A DNA stretch of 64,000 nucleotides from Paraspadella gotoi (taxonomy: Eukaryota > Animalia > Chaetognatha): assembly GCA_051294375.1 (NCBI GenBank), contig CM119267.1, positions 19,005,439-19,069,438 of the forward strand, read 5' to 3'. A program made the position numbers and the translations under genes. The stretch's first letter is position 1. Each line of letters opens with the position of its first letter. The notes beneath the pieces are model-generated. The model was given only the letters and a program-made list of their open reading frames with translations. It was not told the DNA's origin and did no database searches. Positions 41,158 to 54,710 of this stretch are shown here, piece after piece.

Positions 41158-41486
41158 AGACAGCGGGTCGGGCAAATAGAATTAAGAGAATGAGAAAGGG
41201 AAAAAAAAAGAAAAGAGAGAAAAAAGAAATCCTTCATTTTTTTCCCGGAGAAAGTTTTCTCTTTCTTTTTTGAGGCCAAGAGAGATTATTTTCTCTTTTC
41301 ATTTTCTTTTTTTTTTCTATTTCCTTTTTTTTTTTTCGTTTTTACTTTCACTTTACTTACTTCCATCTTCCGCATTTTTTTCTTTTTTCTGCTCCTACGT
41401 CCATTTTCATAAAATTCAATTACTGTCGAACTCTCCCTTCTTTTCTTTCTTCTACTCTCTCTCTCTCTCTTCTCTCTCCGTCTCTC

Positions 41487-41517
<31 letters not shown>

Positions 41518-43580
41518 TCTCTGTCTCTCTCTGACTCCTCTCCTTAGACAAGAAATGATCCGCAAAATGATTAAAATGAAGATCTAATTCGAACATATAC
41601 AATAACTTCGTATCGAAAAAGAAATCATTTCCTTCAAACCAACGAATATGTCGGAACCAAAGGAAGGTAGCACAATCGCCCTCCTCGTCTCTCTTCCTCT
41701 CTTCATTCTGCCCCCTCTCTCTCTCTCTTCTCTCTCTGCTCTCTCTCTTCTCGTTCTCTTCTCATGCATTTATGCCTCTCCGAATGGGAGAAGGAGAGAA
41801 GAATTGTATCCTGCAGCAAATTTCGTTCCACAAGATTGCTTTTCCAGTTTCAGAATTCAGAGTCAAGGCGGGAAGAAAGCGTTGTCTCTCGACCCACCAT
41901 TACTTAGGGCGTTTAAATCATTGATGAACAATATCCTTTAGTGATCCATTGTTACTTTCTTTTTTGACTAATTTCATTCATCAATATTCCTTATTTATTC
42001 CATAGCGACGAAAACCTAATAAAAATATATATCCTGTTTTTTTTTTTTTTTTTTTTTTCTCTGTGAGAAAATAAACTTTTAGAATCTGTTGATCGATCGA
42101 GGGGAATTATTCTATATTCTTGATTGTGTGTTGCTCTTCTTACTTATTTAATGTTTATCTCTGGTGTGTTTTTTTTATTTTGAAAAAAAAAAGAAACGAC
42201 AACAAAATACTAAATCGTTATTTTTGTGTTAGATTGAAGACAAAAAAGGTGTTCCTTTTTTTTATAATTGCGAAAGTAAGAATGTATTTCCAATTTGCGC
42301 GAGAAAGTGTATAGATTATATAACTAAGAAAAGCTCCTGTGCCGTTTGCTGTTCCATTCTATCGCTATAACAAAACAAAAACACCATACTGTTTAAATTT
42401 TTAGTTCCTTAGATACAAACAAAAACCAAACAAAAATTATAAACATTCAAACCCGAAACAACGCACGAAACAACATAAAAGACGAATAAAAAACGAAAAA
42501 AACAACACAAACAGAATTCATTGAAAGAGAAGAAATCTGCGATTGAAAGTCCCGTCCGCTCGCGTATTTTCCTCACCCTCTTCCCACAAATAGTACCTTA
42601 CCCGCTACCATTTTGATTTACTCTGCTTCCTCACACACTCTAAAAACTTGTCCACCCCAATCCTTTATGCAGTAGCAAATAACTTATGAGGAAATGAAAT
42701 TAATGTTCGTACTCCATGTTTTGTTGTTTTTTTTTTTTCTAAGAAGAGAGAGAAGGAGAGAGAGAGAAGAGCGAGACGAGAGAGACGAGAGGAGAACAAA
42801 GAAGGTAGAGATGAGAGAGAGCCAACAAAGAACAGCAAGAGGAGAGAGGAGTGGAGAGAGACAAGACAGTATTTTTATCTTCATGTTCGTAAGGCATTCA
42901 AATGCGCCGGGAATTCCGGCATTGGACGGGCGGCTATTATAATCTTGTCGCGTTTACGTGCTCACGAGCAAAGTGTTTTTAGAAGTGACTTTTACGGGCC
43001 GAAAGTTGTCTACCTTTAATGTTTGTTGCTCATTATCGCAATAAATGAAAATTTGTTATCATTTGGCGCCAAGAATTATCGTTACATTTTTTCTTTTAGG
43101 CGTAAAGCGAAAAGAAGGGAAGTTTGAATAACAGTTTTGAGGTAATAGCTGTGTCAGGTTGATAGCAACGTATACTATAACAAAATTTAGTTATAGATTG
43201 AAAAGTTAAAAAACATTTGTACTTGTAATGTAGAATTACTTACGTTGTAGAAGTTTAATATAGAATTGGAATAGAATTAGAATAAAAAATAAAATTAAAT
43301 CGAATTTAATTAAAATTGGATAAAGCTGTTAACATCTAAATAGGATCGTAAAAATAACTCGATACCTATAAGGTAGTAGGTACATCATAATATTTCTCTC
43401 TTCAATTCTCGTCTTATCTTTATTTATTCTATTATGTGTATTCGTTTATTTCTTTCTTCTTTCTCTTTTCTTTCTTTCTTTCTTATCTTTCTTTCTCTTA
43501 TCTTTTTTTCCCTTTGTTTTCCCCTCTTGTTTTTTTTCCTTTTTTCTAATTGACTCTTCTGGCTCAGCTCCGTCGATCTG
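32790..43580 (+). repeat. Tandem second copy of ~21720-32715 (~11 kb)
   Basis: Colinear from aaatcgtcaaagacgtgaagaggtc (21745/32812) to ttgactcttctgg (32689/43550), with dense 1-bp indels. Confidence 0.92.
37376..39952 (+). pseudogene. Frameshifted second copy of the rhomboid core exons (more likely an uncorrected long-read or haplotype copy than a true pseudogene)
   Basis: The same two exons and intron recur with many single-base indels; fragments such as KFREEVDPHKL and CFDPGAYLVGASGGVYA survive in shifting frames. Confidence 0.75.
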
Positions 43581-43869
43581 TTTCTCGAGTCCTCGTGGTT
43601 GAGATCTTATGGCCCCCGCGGTGAGGAAAACGGAATGCGGTGTTAGAGAAAGAGAGAGAGAGAGAGAGACACGACACGAGCCGACGAGCGAGCGAGAGAG
43701 ACGAGATAGTAGAGCGCGAGAGCGAGAGAGAGATCCCGACGAGGAAGAGAGAGGCCGACTTGTTGAGTTGAAGGAAGNNNNNNNNNNNNNNNNNNNNNNN
43801 NNGTTCTCTCGATCCCTCGTGGTTGAGATCTTTAATCGGGTGAGGAAAAGGAATGGTGGTATAGAGGAA

Positions 43870-43900
<31 letters not shown>

Positions 43901-43921
43901 GGAGAGAGGAGAGAGAGAGAG

Positions 43922-43967
<46 letters not shown>

Positions 43968-44290
43968 GATTGGTGAGGCTAAAGGAAGAGATTTATTCGA
44001 TGAATATGTATCTTTTATAAATCACTTTTTATGTTCGCAACGAGAAAGCCGAAGGAAAAAAAATGAGGCGAAGGAGGAGAAGGAGATAAGATGAAAATAA
44101 GGTCAGAAGAAAAGGAGGAAGATAAGGTAGGTAAGATTTTAGGGGGAAAAAAAAGGAAAGGAAGAAAGGTAAGGAAGGAGGAAGATAGGTTAAAGGATAA
44201 CGGAAAGAAAAACTGTAAAAGATAAAACAAATGGCATCGAGGAGGCCTCGGTCCGTGGAAACTAAAAAATTCCGTGGAGGCCGGAAGGGG

Positions 44291-44364
<74 letters not shown>

Positions 44365-44834
44365 GAGAGAAAGTGTAGTTAATGATCAAAGGGAACTCCC
44401 TCCTTCTTTGTTTGCCAAAAGAGTCGAATTGAATTGAATGTTTTAGGAAGAGATTTATCGATGAATATGTATCTTTTATAAATCACTTTTTATGTTCGCA
44501 ACGAGAAAAGCCGAAGGAAAAAAAATGAGGCGAAGGAGGAGAAAGGAGATAAGATGAAAAATAAGGTCAGAAGAAAAGGAGGAAGATAAGGTAAGTAAGA
44601 TTTTAGGGGGAAAAAAAAGGAAAGGAAGAAAGGTAAGGAAGGAGGAAGATAGGTTAAAGGATAACGGGAAAGAAAAACTGTAAAGATAAAACAAATGGCA
44701 TCGAGGAGGCCTCGGTCCGTGGAAACTAAAAATCCGNNNNNNNNNNNNNNNNNNNNNNNNNAAAACATTCAATTCAATTCGACTCTTTTGGCAAACAAAG
44801 AAGGAGGGAGTTCCCTTTGATCATTAACTACACT

Positions 44835-44916
<82 letters not shown>

Positions 44917-45040
44917 CCCCTTCCGGCCTCCACGGAATGAGAGAGAGAGAGAGAGAGAGAGAAAGTGTAGTTAATGATCAAAGAGGAACTCCCTTCCTTC
45001 TTTGTTTGCCAAAAGAGTCGAATTGAATTGAATGTTTTAC
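43580..45040. repeat. Cluster of short direct and inverted duplications around two 25-N gaps
   Basis: 43985-44275 is repeated at 44445-44736. 44270-44445 appears inverted at 44762-44940 and partly again direct at 44940-45040. Confidence 0.8.
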
Positions 45041-47399
45041 TAATGTCCTTTAAACTCCAAGTATTTGACCATCATTCTTTGTATAAAGTGACCCAACGTT
45101 TGAAGCAGACCCACACGAAAAAAAGGACAAAATGACCCGAAGATCGAAATCGATAAATACGATCGTTTTATATAATAAACTTAAAAATGACCCGCATGAC
45201 AATGAAACAGATGAACTAGATCGAAAAATGAAACCTAAAATACGTGTAAAGTTAGTGAGTTAGTGTAACGNNNNNNNNNNNNNNNNNNNNNNNNNNNNNN
45301 NNNNNNNNNNNNNNNNNNNNNNNNNNNNNNNNNNNNNNNNNNNNNNNNNNNNNNNNNNNNNNNNNNNNNNNNNNNNNNNNNNNNNNNNNNNNNNNNNNNN
45401 NNNNNNNNNNNNNNNNNNNNNNNNNNNNNNNNNNNNNNNNNNNNNNNNNNNNNNNNNNNNNNNNNNNNNNNNNNNNNNNNNNNNNNNNNNNNNNNNNNNN
45501 NNNNNNNNNNNNNNNNNNNNNNNNNNNNNNNNNNNNNNNNNNNNNNNNNNNNNNNNNNNNNNNNNNNNNNNTTTTAGACGTGGGGTTCGTCGTTGTTATT
45601 ATTGATAAAACGATTATTTCTTACTTATCGAGGAAAGTTTAAGATGTATTAAATGAGATTAAACAGTTAGATATCTTTTTTTTTCAGTAATTTCTTTGTT
45701 TTTCTCAGTGGCGAGCGTAGTTCACCATGGCAACGAACCTCTAAAGCCCCAAACAAGCTAACTCCTTCGCCTCTTCTCTCTAATCCGATTTCTCTTCCTT
45801 CGCGTTATTTCATTCCGAGATTTTTTTTCTCTTTTTTACCCAGAGGATCAACGACAGAGACAGAGACAAAAATAACGACAACGACGACAACGACTGGAAA
45901 AGGCAAAATGGAGACCCTTCTCTTTGCCCTTGACAGGCATCTGCCTNNNNNNNNNNNNNNNNNNNNNNNNNNNNNNNNNNNNNNNNNNNNNNNNNNNNNN
46001 NNNNNNNNNNNNNNNNNNNNNNNNNNNNNNNNNNNNNNNNNNNNNNNNNNNNNNNNNNNNNNNNNNNNNNNNNNNNNNNNNNNNNNNNNNNNNNNNNNNN
46101 NNNNNNNNNNTCTCTCTCTCTCTCTCTCTGACTTTTCTTCTTTGGAATCCAGTGAAAGTTGAGGTCAAGTTCTGATCGACTGCGACCTCTGGAGTTTCTG
46201 TTTCCGAGAGGCCACGAGTTCCGAATTGGGGGGGGCGATGGAAAGAGAGAGAGAGAGAGGTTTTATATGGGTCCTGCGACTTGAGGGAGGGTTAATGATT
46301 CTGAAGGGGTCAGGCTAAGAAAAAGTGACCATCGATAACATTAGGGAGAGAGAGAGCGAGAGGGTCAATTATACGGGTTTCGCTCGGGTCGCTGAATGTT
46401 CAATTCGGGAAGGATTTATATCTTCTTTTTTTTTCGTTTTCTTTGTTGACTTTTATTAAGTTTCTTCAGGGATTTGAAATATATGTCGTTTAATTTTTGT
46501 AGGGCTGTGCATCGTTCGAATCGAAGTTCCGATCAAGANNNNNNNNNNNNNNNNNNNNNNNNNNNNNNNNNNNNNNNNNNNNNNNNNNNNNNNNNNNNNN
46601 NNNNNNNNNNNNNNNNNNNNNNNNNNNNNNNNNNNNNNNNNNNNNNNNNNNNNNNNNNNNNNNNNNNNNNNNNNNNNNNNNNNNNNNNNNNNNNNNNNNN
46701 NNNNNNNNNNNNNNNNNNNNNNNNNNNNNNNNNNNNNNNNNNNNNNNNNNNNNNNNNNNNNNNNNNNNNNNNNNNNNNNNNNNNNNNNNNNNNNNNNNNN
46801 NNNNNNNNNNNNNNNNNNNNNNNNNNNNNNNNNNNNNATAGCGATAACAGCGAAATGAGTAATACAAGCTCGTATAATTAACAAGGCGTTACATATATTT
46901 ATCAAAGGAAAGGTTTCTATTACATTTATCACATCTATCACCAATATGTCGCTTATTTTAGATCTCTTTTGACCTTCGAAAACTTCCATTTTAAGAAAAT
47001 AGAAAAAACAGAGGACATTATAATATATTTTATAAACAAAACAAAAAAAGTAAAATCTAAACTGAGGATTAAAATTCTCCGATGATAAAAGGTTTCTTTC
47101 AATCAAGGGAAAGACTATCAATGACATGAAATTTTTAACTTTTTTTTCATTGTGGTAATAAAAATCTTTTTTGAAATTAATTTAAAACCTCTTCTAACTT
47201 TTTTTTCTAAAAATTTATTTCTGTTTTGTCGAACAGCGTATGACCCGAGGAAGATCAATGAGACAATTAAAATGAAATTTTGGGATCCATAGCGTGTTCA
47301 AGATTATAAATTATAAATCATCAAGACTTAGGTAAGTGGACAATTTTAGGTTGCTCTTGTTCGCAGAAAGCTTTACGAAGTGGCTGATAATTATTATTT

Positions 47400-49122
47400 G
47401 GTTACAATAAATAAAAAATTGTAGAGATTTTTCGATCGTGTCGGTCTGACATCCCACCGCAAAAATGAGTTGAGGAATCCCGGCACGAACACGGATTCCC
47501 ATGAAGACACATTTTTGTCTAATTTCATGCTCGAGGAAAGAGAGAGAGAGAGAGAGAGAGAGAGNNNNNNNNNNNNNNNNNNNNNNNNNNNNNNNNNNNN
47601 NNNNNNNNNNNNNNNNNNNNNNNNNNNNNNNNNNNNNNNNNNNNNNNNNNNNNNNNNNNNNNNNNNNNNNNNNNNNNNNNNNNNNNNNNNNNNNNNNNNN
47701 NNNNNNNNNNNNNNNNNNNNNNNNNNNNNNNNNNNNNNNNNNNNNNNNNNNNNNNNNNNNNNNNNNNNNNNNNNNNNNNNNNNNNNNNNNNNNNNNNNNN
47801 NNNNNNNNNNNNNNNNNNNNNNNNNNNNNNNNATTCCAGAGTCAGTCCTCCTGCCAAGGATTCTCGATCCCGTGTCACGCGACAGAGAGGGAGAGAGAGA
47901 GAGACAGAGAAGAAAAGGAGGAAGACGAAGAGGAAAGGGAGACGCAAGAAGAAGAGGAAGAGGAGGATGCACGGGTGCCGACGGGTGGGCCCTCAACTTT
48001 GACCCATCCCACGGAATTCGACCCAAAAAAAAAAAGTCGACATCGAGGCTCAAAAGACGAAGAAGACTTTTTCGATCCTGAAAGAGATTTTATTTTTTAT
48101 AATCATTTCGATCCGGACGCCGAAAAAGTTAAAGATTTTTGTCCGGAAATGTGGATTTCAATTCGCCGGAAGATTCGCGTCGGGTTTCCTCAACGTAGTT
48201 CGGTAAATGGAATTCGTTTCTAAAAGGTGAGAAGGGGAACTTAATGCGAGGGANNNNNNNNNNNNNNNNNNNNNNNNNNNNNNNNNNNNNNNNNNNNNNN
48301 NNNNNNNNNNNNNNNNNNNNNNNNNNNNNNNNNNNNNNNNNNNNNNNNNNNNNNNNNNNNNNNNNNNNNNNNNNNNNNNNNNNNNNNNNNNNNNNNNNNN
48401 NNNNNNNNNNNNNNNNNNNNNNNNNNNNNNNNNNNNNNNNNNNNNNNNNNNNNNNNNNNNNNNNNNNNNNNNNNNNNNNNNNNNNNNNNNNNNNNNNNNN
48501 NNNNNNNNNNNNNNNNNNNNNNNNNNNNNNNNNNNNNNNNNNNNNNNNNNNNNNNNNNNNNNNNNNNNNNNNNNNNNNNNNNNNNNNNNNNNNNNNNNNN
48601 NNNNNNNNNNNNNNNNNNNNNNNNNNNNNNNNNNNNNNNNNNNNNNNNNNNNNNNNNNNNNNNNNNNNNNNNNNNNNNNNNNNNNNNNNNNNNNNNNNNN
48701 NNNNNNNNNNNNNNNNNNNNNNNNNNNNNNNNNNNNNNNNNNNNNNNNNNNNNNNNNNNNNNNNNNNNNNNNNNNNNNNNNNNNNNNNNNNNNNNNNNNN
48801 NNNNNNNNNNNNNNNNNNNNNNNNNNNNNNNNNNNNNNNNNNAAAGTATCGAGTGAGTGTTTTTTACATTTTTCTCCATCCATGTTTCTAACCCGCGGGT
48901 GTGGTGCATAATAAGTCGTGACATAAACAAATAAAACAAAACTTACTTTAACAAACAAAAAAAAAACAATAAACCTAAGTTAAACGCCTGAAGTGCATAA
49001 TAAGTCGTGATATAAACAAATAAAACAAAACTTACTTTAACAAACAAACCAAAAAAAACAATAAACCTAAGTTAAACGCCTAAAGTTTCTCCCTTTTCGA
49101 GTTTTCGCCCGATTTTTTAAGC
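47400..49122 (+). repeat. Gapped copy of ~55180-57803
   Basis: Shared anchors: aaataaaaaattgtagagatttt, attccagagtca, aacctaagttaaacgcc and gattttttaagc. Confidence 0.85.
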
Positions 49123-49148
49123 NNNNNNNNNNNNNNNNNNNNNNNNNT

Positions 49149-52140
49149 TGTTTGAATAAATGCCGCTGTTTCTCTGCCAGCAAAAAAATCATTCCTGCCA
49201 TTGAAAATCCCCTTTAATATTTTTAGTAAAATAGTCCTGCCAACAGAAATTAATCCTGCTGTAGAAAAAAATCGTGCTAATAAGATTTTCCTTGGAATTT
49301 TGTTTAAAAAATGTACTGTTTGCCTTGCCAGCAAAAAGTCATTTCCTGCATGAAAAATCCCCTTTAATATTTTTAGTAAAAATTGTCCTGCCAACAGGAA
49401 TTATTCCTTGCTGTGAGAACCAAAATCCTGCCAAAAAGATTTCCTAAGATTTTAGTTGAAAAATGACTGTTCCTCCGGCCAGCAAAAAATCATATCCCTG
49501 CCCATTGAAAATTCGCCCTTTAATATTTTAGTTTAAAATTAGAGTCCCTTACAACAGGAATATTCCTGCTCGTTGTGATTGAGAAAAAAATCCTGGCCAA
49601 AAAGATTTCCTAAGATGTTTTTGAAAAATGAGCACGTCCTGTTCCTGCCAGCACAACAATTTTCAGTTCCTCTCCTCTAATGTTGAAAATCCCCATTCAT
49701 TTTAATATTTTTAGTCGTGTTTAAAATAGTTCTAGCACCCAAAGGAATTATTTTCCGTGTCTGCTGTGATGAAAATAAAATTCTACCTGCCAAAAATAGA
49801 TTTTCCTAAAGATTTTTGTATTTTATTTTGAAAATATAGGCACCACTGTTCCTGGCAACGCAAAAATATTTCTTTCCTGCCATGAAAAATCACCCCCTTT
49901 AAATATAATTTAGTTATCTTAAAAATATCCTGCCAACAGGAATTATTCCTGGCTGTGTGAGAACAAATATCTGCCAAAAAGAGATTTTCCTAAGATTTGG
50001 AGAGTGGTTGAAATAGCATGACCTCTTGTATTTCCTTTTTAGCCAGCAAAAAATCATTCCTAGCCTTTGATTAAAAATCCCCTTTAATTATTTTTTAGTA
50101 AATAGTCTACAACAGGGAATTATTCGTAGCTGTGAGAAAAATAATTCTGTCCAAAAAGATTTCCTAAGATTTTGTTTGTAAAAATGACTGTTCCTGCCAG
50201 CAAAAAATCATTCCCTTGCCATAAAAATCCACCCTTAATATTTTTAGTAGCTAAAATACGCTCCTGCAACACGGAATATATTCCTGCTTGTGGACGTAAA
50301 AAAAATCCTGCCAAAAAAGATATCCTAAGATTTTGTTTGAAAATATGACTGTTCCTGCCAACAAAAAATCATTCCTGCCTTTATGAAAAATTCCCTTTAT
50401 ATTTTTAGTGTAAAATAGTTCCTTGCACCAGAAATTAATCCTGCTGTGATGAAAAATAATCCTGCTAATTAAAGATTTCCTTGGATTTTTGTATTTGAAA
50501 AAATGACTGTTCCTGCCAGCAAACAAGTCATTCTGCCCATGAAAATTTTCCCTTTAATATTGTTGTAAAATAGTCCTGCAAACAGGAATATATTCCTGCT
50601 GTGATGAAACAAAATCCTGCCAAAAAGATTCCTAAAGATATATGTTTGAAAAAATGGACTGTTCCTGCCAGCAAAAAATCATTTTTTCCTGCCTCATGAA
50701 AAAATTCCCTATTAATATTTTTAGTAAATAGTCCTGCCAACAGGAAATTATTCTGCTCTGTGAGAAAAAAATCCTGCCAAAAAGATTTTCCTAAGGTTTG
50801 TTTGAAAAATGACTGTTCCTGGCCAGCTAAAAATCAATTACCTGCTATGAAAAATCCCCTTTAATATTTAGTGTAAATAGTCCTGCTCAACAAGAAATAT
50901 ATTTCGGGTGCTGTGAGAAAAAATCCTGCCAAAATAGATTTTTTCCTCAGATTTTGTTTGAATAAATATGACTGTTTCCTTCGCCAACAATAAAAATCAT
51001 TCCTGCCAGAAAAATCCCCTTTAATATTTTTAGTAAAAATAGTCCTGCCAACAGAAATTAATTTCATGCTGTGAGAAAAAATCCTACTAATATAAGATTT
51101 CCTTGGATTTTTGTTTGGAAAAATGACTGTTCCTGCACAGCAAAAAGTCATTCCTGCCATGGAAAAATCTCCCTTTAAATATTTTTTTAGTTAAAATAGT
51201 CCTGCCAACAGGAATTATTCCTGCTGTTGGAGAATAAATAATTCCCTGCCAAGAAAATAGATTTCCTAAGATTTTGTTGAAAAATGACTGTTCCTGCCTC
51301 AGCAAATCATTCTTCTGCCATTGTACCATCCCCTTTAAATTTTTAGTTTAATAGTCCTGCCAACAGAAAATATTCCTGCTGTTTGGAGGAAAAAAATCCT
51401 TGCCAAAGATTTCCTAAGGATTTCTTGTGTGTGAAAAATGACTGTTTTGCCAAGCCAAAAAGATCATTCTCTTGCCATGAATAATCCCCTTATATTTTAG
51501 AAAAAGTCCGCAACAGAGAAATTAATCCTGCTGTGAGAATAAAACCGCTAAAGTATTTCATTGGATTTTGTTTGAAAATGACTGTTTCCTGCCAGCAAAA
51601 AATCATTCTCTGCATGAAAAATCCCCTTTAACTATGTTTAGTAAATAGGTCCTGCAACTGGAATTAATTAATCCTTTTTCTGTGTAGATAAAAAATCCAT
51701 GCTAATAAGATTTTCCTTGGAATTTTTTTTTGTAAAAATGACGTGTTTCCTGCCAGCAAAAAAGTTATTCCTGCATTGAAAAAATTCCCCTTTAATATTT
51801 TTAGTAAAATAGTCCTTGCCAACTTGAAAATTAAATCCTGCTTGTAAGAAAAGAAATCCTGACTAATAAGACTTCCAATTCTTTTTTTGTTTTCAATCCT
51901 TGCCAAGAGTCTCAATCCTGCTGTAAAAATAGTCCCTTGTTAGTACCAATCAAAAAAAAAGACGGTTCCTGCCATTTTATATATTCAATCCTGCTTAGTG
52001 GTGAATAATATATTCCCCGTGAATTTACCAATCAGAGTGATCCTGCCAGTTCCTGCTATTCATTTTTTCCGAGAAATTCGTAGGTTTTTTTTTTTACTCC
52101 TAATCCTTGCCCAATTCTTGACCCATAATATTTCCTGCCA
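49149..52140. repeat. Satellite array, unit ~147-150 bp, about 19 copies
   Basis: Recurrent unit aaaatgactgttcctgccagcaaaaaatcattcctgccatgaaaaatcccctttaatatttttagtaaaatagtcctgccaacaggaattattcctgctgtgagaaaaaaatcctgccaaaaagatttcctaagattttgtttg. The aaatcccc anchors at ~49205 and ~49355 are 150 bp apart. Confidence 0.92.
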
Positions 52141-54710
52141 CCTCGAGGCAGAAAACCCGAAAGACCTTAACCTTTTCAAAAACTGTTCTTGCCTGATTTA
52201 TTCGTCTTTTGGGCGAAAATCAGCGACGTCGAAGTTCGTAGAAGAGTTGCGGCATGAGGAAAAAGGCGAGCCAGTTTCCCTCGGCCAGAAAGGGGCTGCA
52301 TTTGACGGGAGGATTCTTATTGGCATCTGCGGATGAATAGCGAGATGGAAATCGATGGGGAATTTGGATGAGACGTGTGGAAGGTATTAGGAACGTGACC
52401 ATATTGTTTTAATTATTTAAATTACAAAATCAGCATTTTTTCGTGTAACGTCCGAACAGCGATTGATATGCCGCAAGTTTATAATAAAGTCTGACTTGTG
52501 TCTCACCGGCACATGATAGAGAGGAAAAAAAAAAGCGTTATCTGAGTCAAGTCCCCGTGGAAGTCGCCTCAATTACCTTTAAAAATGAGCATTTAAACTA
52601 ACCTTTTAAAACGTACATTTTATAAATCTTATTTTCTCCCATTACAATCGAGGCTCTTTTGTTCGTAAACTGGAGTCTTATCTCGCGTCCCCACCTACAT
52701 CCGACTGGCGTATTGGCACTTCCTTCTTCGCAATTGGCGCTCCTCGGGTAATCTTTACGCTGAACGACGACGACGACGCGTCCGATGATTCACGGCTTCC
52801 CTCCATCTTGGTCGACATGTCTCCTCCTCATCTGCTCCTTGTTGTCGATTCCAAACGTCGTTAGTTATTAGCACTGTGAACGAAAGAACAGTCGACATAT
52901 GTTGTTTGACAGAAGAACAGTTGGTCATTCGACGAAAAGATTAAGATAAAAAAAAACAAAGTTAAAAAAAGTTGATAAAAAAACATACAAACATAATGGT
53001 TAAAAATCGTGACATTTTTGATCAAGTTTTAAAAACGATCGCTCGGAGACTAATGCGAGTCAGAAAGGCTTCCCGTGAATTTTTAATAAATATAGAAATA
53101 AAAATAAAACTCGTTATAACTGCACACTCACTCCTCTCCTCTCTCCGAGACTAGATGAAATTCGAAGTCTGCGCCCCGCCGGACCGAAAATCGGCTTGGT
53201 GCCGAGTTAGCATCCGGGGCCCCTTAGTTCCGGCTACCGTCGAGAAAAACCACCGACTCTTCCCTGTCGATCGAGGGAGGAAAACATCGCGGTCGTAGAT
53301 TGATAGAACAGAGAAGGCGACTCTGATGTTAAGAGAGACCACGGTTGTGTCTGCTTTTTTTGACTTTTTTATTATAAGATTTAAAGATTAAAAGTTTCTG
53401 TTTTTTTTTTGTGTGTTTCTGCTGTTTTTTGCGCTGATAAAAGACTTGATTATATGTTCATGTATTATTTTCTTAAGTTGTGTGTTTGTTTGTTGTTTGT
53501 AATAACAAAAACTTTTCCTTCGTTTAAGTTATTTATAATGTTACTTTCTTCGTATCTGTTATGTTAATATTATTTTTTTAATGTGTGATATATTTTTACC
53601 TTTCAAAATTAAACTAATTATATGATGAACCAAAACTATTGACTCCATTCACAAAACGCTCTCGTTTTCGGTTCCATAGTCAATTGACACGTGTAATGAG
53701 TGAAATACGTTCATTATTTAGGTTTCAATGACATACAAATAATATTTAAAACAAAATCCCGTCCCCTATATTTTTGTCTATATTGCGCAACCCCTTTGTC
53801 CAGCCCGCCTTGGACCCCCCGCTTCCAGACTATTCCTCGCACATAACGAATTCCACTTTTCATTCTGATTTCCAAGTAATCATTCTTATCTTCCTTCTTT
53901 TCTTATCTGTATGGAGGACTAACAAAGAAAAAGTTGACTTTTGTTGGCCTCAAATCAGAAAAAAGAAGGCTCTGTTGTATGGTCCGCTTTAAGAGAGAGT
54001 CGGGGTCCGGCCGCCAGGGATGAATAATAGATAACGGAAAATCGACGCTTGATCCTGCACGCGGCAACCGGATGTACTGAGGTTAAACGTTCATTTAAAG
54101 AGGTACTTATTGCGCAATATACGGCCGCTTATGGAATGGTTTATCGAGTGCATGAGGCGGCTTTTCATAAAAAGAAGGAAATTGCCCGAAGATTTACGAT
54201 AGAGAGTCGTTTGTCGTTTTTATAATTTCTTCATTCAAAACAATATGACTTACCTTACTCAAAAGTTAAGTGAATTACTTCGGCGACTTTGGAACGAACA
54301 TTCCGGCTTCCACGAAGTAAGCTGATCATCATACTCTGGCCGTTGGATCTGAGATCCCAGCATTAGTGAAAATTCAGGAAAAGCTTTTCTCTGGGTCTCT
54401 ACGAATGACCTGCGAAATCGGTTTAACGTAGTCTCTTTTTAATACTATCATTTTTTCTATTATTTTAAATCAACATATTCTTTAACGTAGTCGGATTTAC
54501 ACTTATCAGGCTTAGGGTTTCCAAACGCAATCTCGGCAATACACAAAACACAATACCCGCGCGCGTCCTAGAAAAATAAATAACAAAAAAAAAACTTGGG
54601 TAAGAAAAAAAAGAAGAAAAAAATCCAGGGCAAAGTTAACCTACGAAATTTTTATCAACTTTTTTTTTTTTGTTCTCGTGACGCTCACCTCGGCGCTTCC
54701 GCTCCATTTT
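52140..54710 (-). pseudogene. Inverted, error-rich copy of the 5' part of the TIR gene (~57985-60330)
   Basis: Reverse complements of the TIR exons lie at ~54250-54365, ~52690-52880 and ~52165-52330 (translates ..EGNWLAF..), with the introns also copied. Confidence 0.8.

Noticed and set aside
49149-52140. Possible CRISPR-like array
   Set aside because: Whole units repeat with no unique spacers, no cas genes are present, and the context is eukaryotic.
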